Shown in pieces: positions 1 to 5,622 of a DNA stretch of 5,884 nucleotides. Both the position numbers and the translations under genes were made by a program. The stretch comes from Candidatus Woesearchaeota archaeon (GTDB lineage: Archaea > Nanobdellota > Nanobdellia > Nanobdellales > Nanobdellaceae). Position 1 is the first letter of the stretch. Every line of letters begins with the position of its first letter. The stretch covers positions 1-5,884 of the forward strand of contig CAYXSZ010000078.1 in NCBI GenBank assembly GCA_964468425.1. The letters run 5' to 3'. The notes beneath the pieces are model-generated. The model ran no database searches. It was not told where the DNA came from and saw only the letters and a program-made list of their open reading frames with translations.

Positions 1-543
1 AAAATCTTGCTTCCTGGATTAGTTTTAAAAATACTGCATCTATTTGAGAGCCAAATTGAAACAGCTTTCAAGGTTCTTAGAATGGATCTAAAAGACCTCG
101 CTTTGTACACCATAGAACTCTACAACGAATATTTCAGAAGGGCTTTTGAAAAGACTCAAAAAAGAATTTTGTTTTTACCTCAGTGCTTGCGCTCTGCGAA
201 GTGTTTGGCTCCCGCAACTCCTAATGGAATAAAATGTTTGAAATGTGGGAGATGCAAAATAGCTTCAATAATAGATTGCGCCAAAAAGTTGGGATACGAT
301 GTTTATGTAGTAACTGGAGGAACTATGGTAAGACGCTTGATCTCAAAACTTAAACCAGAAGGAATAGTTGGAGTGGGGTGCCTATATGAAGTAAAAGAAG
401 GTTTAAAGCTATGTTATATGTATAAAATTCCCGCACAGGGTGTAATTCTTTTAAAAGACGGATGTATAGAGACTGATGTAGACCTTCTCGAACTTTTCGA
501 AGCATTAAGCCTTGGTAGGCATATATCCACTAGATATCAGTAG
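1..543 (+). CDS. DUF116-family cysteine-rich protein, C-terminal part (5' end outside the window)
   Basis: Frame 1 is open from base 1 (aaa atc ttg ...), so the TTG at 7 is probably not the true start. The translation has a Cys-rich core (LPQCLRSAKCLAPATPNGIKCLKCGRCKI ... VVTGGT ... GVGCLYE ... KLC ... DGC; 9 Cys in 178 aa). I recognise this as the Pfam DUF116 pattern, an uncharacterised archaeal/bacterial family. Its usual N-terminal TM segment would lie upstream of the window. Stop TAG at 541-543. Confidence 0.7.
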   Translation, partial: KILLPGLVLKILHLFESQIETAFKVLRMDLKDLALYTIELYNEYFRRAFEKTQKRILFLPQCLRSAKCLAPATPNGIKCLKCGRCKIASIIDCAKKLGYDVYVVTGGTMVRRLISKLKPEGIVGVGCLYEVKEGLKLCYMYKIPAQGVILLKDGCIETDVDLLELFEALSLGRHISTRYQ

Positions 544-548
544 TTACG

Positions 549-553
549 TTTTT
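549..553 (+). terminator. Oligo-T tract (T5), candidate archaeal termination signal for the DUF116 gene
   Basis: A TTTTT run begins 6 nt after the TAG stop. Archaeal RNA polymerase is known to terminate at oligo-dT tracts. Support is position and composition only. Confidence 0.3.
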
Positions 554-572
554 ATGCAAAAGTTAACACGAA

Positions 573-594
573 GTTAACGTTAATTAACGTTAAC
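573..594. repeat. Perfect 22-bp palindrome GTTAACGTTAATTAACGTTAAC
   Basis: I checked by hand that the reverse complement equals the sequence. The symmetry centre lies between 583 and 584. Symmetry ends at the flanking bases 572 and 595 (a/a). Confidence 0.9.
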
Positions 595-643
595 ACATGT
601 TAACCTTGTTACTGTGGCGTTAACAAGATGTTAATCGTACGAT

Positions 644-680
644 CGCTAAAATTTTTGAAAGTTTGTGAATTAAAAATAAT
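644..680 (+). promoter_or_regulatory. A/T-rich putative promoter (TATA-like elements) for the downstream orphan gene
   Basis: TAAAATTTTT at 647-656 is centred about 35 nt upstream of ATG 686. TTAAAAATAA at 670-679 is probably too close to the ATG unless the start is elsewhere. Both resemble archaeal TATA boxes in composition only. No TSS data. Confidence 0.3.
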
Positions 681-685
681 TTACA

Positions 686-940
686 ATGGATGACAACATA
701 TATTCCCCAGCGATTTCGTTTGCAAACGAAATTTACGGAGTAGTTGAGAGTGTACGTAATGCAGATGATAATCTAACAATAGTTAAGGTAGCAACTCTAT
801 ATGGAGTCCAAGAACTGTTTTGTACTCTATTAAAAGCACCGGAGAAATTATTGTACGGAGTAAGGATGGCTCATTTACCATTTTTCTTCCTCCGCAGGGA
901 AAAAGCAAGATTATTCATGAGAACAAGATACTATATATAA
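686..940 (+). CDS. Hypothetical ORF; only the first ~45 codons look protein-like, probably the 5' part of the 820-1323 gene separated by a 1-nt frameshift
   Basis: ATG at 686 follows the A/T-rich spacer. MDDNIYSPAISFANEIYGVVESVRNADDNLTIVKVATLYGVQELF has proteome-like composition. The remainder (CTLLKAPEKLLYGVRMAHLPFFFLRREKARLFMRTRYYI) is R/F/L-rich and atypical, and it overlaps the better-looking frame-1 ORF. Confidence 0.35.
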   Translation: MDDNIYSPAISFANEIYGVVESVRNADDNLTIVKVATLYGVQELFCTLLKAPEKLLYGVRMAHLPFFFLRREKARLFMRTRYYI

Positions 941-1323
941 TTGCATGTCCTGAATTTTCGTTGGAGATTGTAATTAATGAATTGTCCTCAAAAGTTCCCA
1001 TAATAATATATGGCTACACTGGGATGGAAAGGGCTGTGATAAAGTTCTTAAACGAGAGAGGAAAAGCTGTCGGGGAGGTGTATGTGAATCCTCCAAGAAT
1101 AATATCTCTTGGAGATATTTATGACAGAATAAAGAACCTGGCAAAAGGGAAGTTCAACGCTTGCAAAGTAACTATAGAATCGCAGTTTGATGTGGGTATA
1201 GAAATTCCAAGGGATATGCACTTTACCGACTTGGGAATACATTTGACTTATAACTATAGCCTAGATAAAAATCAAGAAAAACTATTTGAAAAATTAGATC
1301 AGCTGTTAAGAAGCTTTATGTGA
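820..1323 (+). CDS. Hypothetical protein (orphan, no family recognised); annotated start is TTG
   Basis: This is a 167-codon ORF with K/E/I-rich composition like the neighbouring genes. Alternating hydrophobic strand-like and helix-like segments (KILYIIACPEF ... VPIIIYGYTG ... AVIKFLNERGKAVGEVYV) suggest an alpha/beta fold. There is no ATG before residue 69 and no good SD upstream of the TTG. Stop TGA at 1321-1323. Confidence 0.6.
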   Translation: MYSIKSTGEIIVRSKDGSFTIFLPPQGKSKIIHENKILYIIACPEFSLEIVINELSSKVPIIIYGYTGMERAVIKFLNERGKAVGEVYVNPPRIISLGDIYDRIKNLAKGKFNACKVTIESQFDVGIEIPRDMHFTDLGIHLTYNYSLDKNQEKLFEKLDQLLRSFM

Positions 1324-2404
1324 GAAATCTCTCGTTTTCAATTTTTTCAGGAAGGTACTTGTTGGCTACGAAGTCGAGAGACTTTGAAGCTAGAGCATCC
1401 TGCTCGATCTTAACTTTCCAGTTAAGCATTTTTTTGAACTGCCTCTGCCAGTCTTTATTTTTCTTGAACCAAGGATAATTCATTAATTCTTTCACTCTTT
1501 TTTCGTCAATTGGTTTAAGCTTCATTGTAACTCTTTTTAGATTGTACTCTTCGATGTCGTCCATCGTCATTCCGACAAACTTTGCATCTGGAGTCGCTAA
1601 GTATTCAGAAAAGTGAGAAAGTTTCATAGATCCTCTCTTAATCACTGAGTAAATGTAGTATCCCCACGCGTCTCCATCTGTGAAGACAATTACTGGAAGC
1701 TTGTGTTCGTATCGAAGTCTGTGAATTAACCTCTTAGCTCCTCTAGAGGCTTGACCCTTAACCGAGATTAAAATAGCGTTCATCTTTTCGGGGAATTTTT
1801 CTTCTACGAGTCTTTCGAATAGAGCATCCTTCTCGACTACAATTACATAATCAGCATTTATATCGAGAATCTCTATGTCCTCTATCGTTGAAGGGATGCT
1901 CCACCCCCCCATTCCTAGCTTAGAACAGTTCCACTCATCTTTACGCTTTTTATCTCTCAAAGTGATGTCTCCGTAGAGAGAACCTCTCCTATCTGCTTTT
2001 ATATGCATTAGTTCCCGTACAACTCCAAGAGTTCTCTCGAGATCCTCTATAACAGCATCAGATTCTCTCTGCTCCTCAAATGTGTTTTCGTTAATAACTG
2101 GGATAGTGTGTTTAAGCTGATAGTAAACTTCTCTGAGGGAAGCTGTTTTATCTTCCTCTAGGAGTTCCTTCGCTAGGGCTGCGACTAATACAGTCTGTGT
2201 AAACTTTCGGACATGTCCTAGGTTAAAGAACTCTCTTCTTCCTAAACTTTTCCTTAGCCGTATTAAATCTCTTTTCTCATCATATTCTATGTTTTTTAAA
2301 GAGCCTCTGACTATGAACTCTATAGAGGGAGATCCTGATTCAAATTCGTGATAGATGCGTTTTGCGAGTTGTTCGATTTTATTTATGATTTCTTTTCGAT
2401 CCAT
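1316..2404 (-). CDS. top6A: DNA topoisomerase VI subunit A (Spo11/Top6A family)
   Basis: 362 aa. It has the LREVYYQLK catalytic-tyrosine motif (Y94/Y95, codons 2120-2125). The Toprim glutamate is in YVIVVEKDALF and the DxD is in VFTDGDAWGYYI. It lies 15 bp downstream of top6B, the typical top6B-top6A operon order. Confidence 0.95.
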   Translation of the reverse strand: MDRKEIINKIEQLAKRIYHEFESGSPSIEFIVRGSLKNIEYDEKRDLIRLRKSLGRREFFNLGHVRKFTQTVLVAALAKELLEEDKTASLREVYYQLKHTIPVINENTFEEQRESDAVIEDLERTLGVVRELMHIKADRRGSLYGDITLRDKKRKDEWNCSKLGMGGWSIPSTIEDIEILDINADYVIVVEKDALFERLVEEKFPEKMNAILISVKGQASRGAKRLIHRLRYEHKLPVIVFTDGDAWGYYIYSVIKRGSMKLSHFSEYLATPDAKFVGMTMDDIEEYNLKRVTMKLKPIDEKRVKELMNYPWFKKNKDWQRQFKKMLNWKVKIEQDALASKSLDFVANKYLPEKIENERFLT

Positions 2405-2419
2405 ATTTCTTTTTAGTGT

Positions 2420-4147
2420 TTAACGTTTTTTAACCTTAGCTATCTGTGTCAGAGCAGTATCTATTAGTTCGTTAATTTCCTTCTGCTCGAAGATTTTACT
2501 TCGAACAATATCTTTAAGCATGTTTTTCAGCATTTTTCTAGCTTCATCGTGTTTTCCTTCTTCCACGAGCTCTCGAACATCCTTAACAGTTTCGATGATA
2601 TCCAGGAGATCTTCTAAGAGAGTTTCTTTAATTCTTGAAACGATTTTGGCTTGAATTTCTTCTTCAGGGGAATTAAGAATCTTTGCAAGATATCTCGAGA
2701 GTTCTAAACCGTATCCATAAAGAGCTTTATATTTTTCGCCTATGTAACTCAATGATCGCTTCTTATTAATGTAGATCGAAACTTCTCGTAGAGCATCCTT
2801 TAGGGCTAGATCTATTTCGCGAATTATCTCTGGATAAGGAGCTATAGCCTCTTTCGATTCTGAGGTGAATGGGATCCAGACAGAAGCCATGTGCACCATC
2901 AAAATAATCGGCTCACTTGGAAATTCTCCTTCTTTACCCTCCAGTCCATACCTCTTCCAGTTAATAGACTTAACAGCCTCTGTAATCGCACAGTCTCCGA
3001 TTTTGTAGAGTAGAGGAACTCTATTTGCAAATCTGAGGAGCCTAAAGCTAGTTATATCACCTCCATACGCGATTCCAACCTCTATTATGAAAGGAACTCC
3101 TCGATAAACTGCAGGTTTTCTCGTTTTAGCAACTACAAATTCGGGATTAAACATTTTGATTAAACTCTCCCTGATCAGATTCTCTCCAAGAGTTACTATA
3201 TATTTTGCTGAGATTGCTTTTACTTTTGTACTTTGCATAGCTTCATAGAGTCTTTCGATCTCCTCGAAGCTCAGCGAACTTGGTTTTTTCTTAGGGTTTA
3301 TCTTAGCTTTTTTCAAGATTTCCAAGGCAGTTTTCTTTCCAATCGAGCTGAAGTCTTTAACGAGAAAATCGACGATAGATCCACAGCGGGTCTCTTTAAG
3401 CATTCTTTCGAGCACTCCTATTTCTATTCCATGAGGATGTGGTTTGGTTTCGTAAAGTTTAGGAATTTCGGTAGTAATACGTTTATAAACATATCTCTCG
3501 CCTCTGGGATTTACATAAATTATATTTGCGTGTGGATTGGCTAAAGCAGTTAACTGAATGTATTCGTCAACGGACTGCTTTCCTTTTTGGTAATGTCCCT
3601 TTAGAGTGAGCTCTACAATAGTGCCACTTTGCTTTTTAATATCTACAATCTGCTTTTTAATTACTTCCGGAGTGTTGTTTCGAACATTTATTTTTAGAAC
3701 ATACTCTACAGCGAGTTTTCCAGGAACCTTTGAAATGACTCTAACAGGCTGTCCCGTAGTTAATTGACCGTATAGAACTACTGCAGAAGCTCCAATTCCC
3801 TGTTTACCTCTCGTAGAGATAAATCTATGAAACTTGGATCCGAACAGGAAGCTCCCATAAATCTCAGGAATTTTGTCTTCTGGAATTCCAGGTCCATTGT
3901 CTTCAACTCGAACGCGATATACAGAAGGTTTTATCTCATCGACTCGTATTTTTATTTCTGGAAGAATTCCAGCTTCTTCACACGCATCCAGCGAATTATC
4001 TACGAGTTCCTTGACAGCAATTAAAAGAGCTTTTTTTGGATTATCGAATCCTAAAAGGTGTCTATTTTTTTCAAAAAACTCGGCGACCGATACTCGTTTG
4101 AATTTCTTGTAAAGCTCTGCCTCTTGCTTCGTGAGATCCGTAGCCAT
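2420..4147 (-). CDS. top6B: DNA topoisomerase VI subunit B (GHKL/Bergerat-fold ATPase)
   Basis: 575 aa. The GHKL N-box is ELVDNSLDA (N51), the G1 box is EDNGPGIP, and the G2-like loop is TRGKQGIGASA. An H2TH-like segment (FSSIGKKTALEILKKAKINP) is followed by a transducer region and a long charged helical C-terminus. Confidence 0.95.
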   Translation of the reverse strand: MATDLTKQEAELYKKFKRVSVAEFFEKNRHLLGFDNPKKALLIAVKELVDNSLDACEEAGILPEIKIRVDEIKPSVYRVRVEDNGPGIPEDKIPEIYGSFLFGSKFHRFISTRGKQGIGASAVVLYGQLTTGQPVRVISKVPGKLAVEYVLKINVRNNTPEVIKKQIVDIKKQSGTIVELTLKGHYQKGKQSVDEYIQLTALANPHANIIYVNPRGERYVYKRITTEIPKLYETKPHPHGIEIGVLERMLKETRCGSIVDFLVKDFSSIGKKTALEILKKAKINPKKKPSSLSFEEIERLYEAMQSTKVKAISAKYIVTLGENLIRESLIKMFNPEFVVAKTRKPAVYRGVPFIIEVGIAYGGDITSFRLLRFANRVPLLYKIGDCAITEAVKSINWKRYGLEGKEGEFPSEPIILMVHMASVWIPFTSESKEAIAPYPEIIREIDLALKDALREVSIYINKKRSLSYIGEKYKALYGYGLELSRYLAKILNSPEEEIQAKIVSRIKETLLEDLLDIIETVKDVRELVEEGKHDEARKMLKNMLKDIVRSKIFEQKEINELIDTALTQIAKVKKR

Positions 4148-4153
4148 AAAGAT

Positions 4154-4178
4154 ATTATTTAAAATAAATTTATAAGTA
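4154..4178 (-). promoter_or_regulatory. Putative TATA-like elements upstream of top6B, overlapping the stop codon of the KH gene
   Basis: The minus strand reads tacTTATAAATTTATTTTAAATAAtatcttt-ATG. CTTATAAAT (4168-4176) is centred about 25 nt from ATG 4147, which fits a leaderless or short-leader archaeal promoter. Support is sequence only, and co-transcription with the KH gene is equally possible. Confidence 0.3.
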
Positions 4179-4706
4179 TATATTCTGGCGAATCTCCTTC
4201 TCTTTATTTCGAAGGTGCCTCTTATAGCTCACAGCGAAGTCGTAAACGCGAGAATGCGAGCTTCCCTTAATTAACCTACGAACGGACTCGAAAGCGGATT
4301 GAGCGGAGAGAGGATCCCCTATTATGTAAATTTTCTTATCATTAACACAAATTTTCGCTTTAGTATATTTTTCCAGGTTTGAAATCGTTTTTCCTTTTTC
4401 TCCAATGATTCTTGATAACAACCTGGAAGTTACATTTGGATTCTTATCTGCAGCTCTCTTTACATCGATCTCGTAAAGTTCCCAGCCATCTGTAATTATT
4501 TTTATCGCTTCCTCAAATTCGAAACCAGCTTTTATTGCAGTAATTACTTTGTCGAACCTGTAGATGAAGTAGTATTCGTCGTGTTGAATTATAACAGATT
4601 TATCTGTTTTTGCGAAGTGTATTCCTAGCTTCTTTAACCATTTCACAAGCTTGTCCAAGTCCTTTTGAGAGATTTCTCGACGATCGAACTCGTATTGGTA
4701 CTTCAT
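4170..4706 (-). CDS. Dim2/Pno1-like KH-domain RNA-binding protein (archaeal pre-rRNA processing factor family)
   Basis: 178 aa. The C-terminal KH domain has a canonical GxxG (RIIGEKGKT, G102-G105, codons 4392-4403). It is followed by KIYIIGDP ... RRLIKGSSHSRVYDF, which matches the aDim2 signature (IIG ... G.PH..VY.FL) as I remember it. The linker AIKAGFEFEEAIKIITDGWELYEIDV also fits the family. Confidence 0.8.
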   Translation of the reverse strand: MKYQYEFDRREISQKDLDKLVKWLKKLGIHFAKTDKSVIIQHDEYYFIYRFDKVITAIKAGFEFEEAIKIITDGWELYEIDVKRAADKNPNVTSRLLSRIIGEKGKTISNLEKYTKAKICVNDKKIYIIGDPLSAQSAFESVRRLIKGSSHSRVYDFAVSYKRHLRNKEKEIRQNIYL

Positions 4707-4725
4707 TGAGATTTATTGAACGAGA

Positions 4726-4740
4726 AGTTAAAAATAAAAA
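4726..4740 (-). promoter_or_regulatory. T-rich spacer: probable oligo-T terminator for the OFOR operon and TATA-like promoter for the KH gene
   Basis: The minus strand reads TGA-TTTTTATTTTTAAC right after the OFOR-beta stop, giving two T5 runs. The same A/T block is centred about 28 nt upstream of ATG 4706. Confidence 0.3.
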
Positions 4741-5607
4741 TCATACTTGGAGGTCGGAGAGAACTTTTTTGTTAGGATACTCTCTTTGAACTTTGTACCA
4801 AGTTTTTGCTCCGAGACCCTCTTCTAAAGTTACTCTTGATGTCTTGTAGAAAATTCCTATAGGGATTTTTGCATCCTCCCTTAAAGTGTAGTCCCACTCC
4901 CAAGCTAATTTCCAAGCTTGATCAAAGTTCGCTGTATCGTGGTTTTCTATTTTGTACAACCGGCTTTCGTAGTAGTTTCTAAGGTTATGGAATGATATGC
5001 ACGGTTGAAGAACATCTATATAGCTGAATCCTTTGTGCAGTATAGCCTCTTTTATTAGTTCTTTTAAGTGATCTATCCAGAGCGCATATCCTCTTGCAAC
5101 AAATGTAGCTCCTGAAGCTAGTGCAAGAGCGATTGGATTTAACGGCTTCTCGAACACGCTTTGTCCTAAGGACTTTGATTTAAAGTTCTCTTCTGTTGTA
5201 AACGTATGTTGACCTGTCGTTAATGCAAATACTTTATTGTTGTGAACTATTAATGTAATATCTGGATTTTCTTTGCAAGCAGATACGAAGTGTTCCAGAC
5301 CTTCATTGTACGTATCTCCATCTCCTTGAAATACTATTACGTTTAATTCCGGATTTCCAAGTTTTATTCCAATTCCCAATGGAAGAGCTCTTCCGTGCAA
5401 GCCTATAAACGAGCTGAACTTTACGTAGTCTGGAAGCTTCGCTGCGCAGCCAATCCCTCCAGCAACTACTATTTTCTTTTCATCGACTTTTCCTTCGTTT
5501 ATTAATTCAGCAGTTGCCTTAAGAAAAGCAGTTAAAATTCCGAAGTTCGTACACCCGGGGCACCAACTAGATTGCACCTTACTTCTCAAATCTATCCAAT
5601 CTACCAT
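4741..5607 (-). CDS. 2-oxoacid:ferredoxin oxidoreductase beta subunit (TPP-binding, KorB/OorB type; substrate not determinable)
   Basis: 288 aa. Motifs WCPGC (C16, C19), GGIGC (C54) and LQPC give the four Cys expected for the single [4Fe-4S] cluster. HGRALP is present. The TPP motif is GDGD-x24-NN, i.e. GDG, 25 residues, NN, which fits the classic GDG-X(24-27)-NN signature. Confidence 0.92.
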   Translation of the reverse strand: MVDWIDLRSKVQSSWCPGCTNFGILTAFLKATAELINEGKVDEKKIVVAGGIGCAAKLPDYVKFSSFIGLHGRALPLGIGIKLGNPELNVIVFQGDGDTYNEGLEHFVSACKENPDITLIVHNNKVFALTTGQHTFTTEENFKSKSLGQSVFEKPLNPIALALASGATFVARGYALWIDHLKELIKEAILHKGFSYIDVLQPCISFHNLRNYYESRLYKIENHDTANFDQAWKLAWEWDYTLREDAKIPIGIFYKTSRVTLEEGLGAKTWYKVQREYPNKKVLSDLQV

Positions 5608-5622
5608 TTCTATTTTTTGATT

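Larger units (their letters stand above)
543..635. repeat. Array of 9 GTTAAC-type hexamers, mostly 9-11 bp apart
   Basis: Perfect GTTAAC starts at 562, 573, 589, 599 and 619. GTTAAT starts at 579 and 630. GTTAC(G/T) starts at 543 and 608. Start-to-start steps are 19, 11, 6, 10, 10, 9, 11, 11. The only other GTTAAC in the window is at 3549-3554. Confidence 0.85.

Noticed and set aside
543-635. GTTAAC array as a CRISPR array or replication origin
   Set aside because: The units are 6 bp with steps of 6-19 bp, far too short for CRISPR repeats and spacers, and no cas genes are present. For an origin, there are no long ORB-like inverted repeats and no adjacent orc1/cdc6 gene in the window. An origin cannot be strictly excluded but is unsupported.
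636-645. Overlapping CGTACG and CGATCG palindromes forming a small GC island at the end of the array
   Set aside because: These are short 6-bp palindromes that occur once each. That is too little information to separate a site from chance, so they are mentioned only as part of the spacer description.
544-685. Small RNA gene (C/D-box sRNA or tRNA) in the spacer
   Set aside because: I read both strands and found no C box (RUGAUGA) or D box (CUGA) pair and no tRNA-like cloverleaf. The only ATG-initiated ORF (554) stops after 7 codons.
815-825. Programmed -1 ribosomal frameshift at CTG-TTT-TGT
   Set aside because: This is not an X-XXY-YYZ slippery heptamer, since re-pairing of tRNA-Phe at GUU would mismatch. 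I saw no obvious downstream stimulatory structure. A 1-nt indel or a sequencing error in the T-run is the simpler explanation.
1048-1242. Minus-strand 64-aa ORF
   Set aside because: It is antisense inside the 820-1323 ORF. Its composition is atypical (H/W/F/S/Y-rich) and it has no upstream signals, so it is probably a shadow ORF.
1904-1910. C7 (G7 on the coding strand) homopolymer inside top6A, unusual in an AT-rich genome
   Set aside because: It is in frame and encodes Gly-Gly in ...LGMGGWS.... The gene is intact, and nothing suggests phase variation of an essential topoisomerase. I noted it only as a potential sequencing-error hotspot.
3233-4112. Plus-strand ORFs 3233-3544, 3827-4024 and 3873-4112 from the ORF track
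   Set aside because: They lie entirely antisense within the confidently identified top6B gene. Their translations are low-complexity (F/S/R-rich) with no motifs. They are typical shadow ORFs of an AT-rich coding strand.
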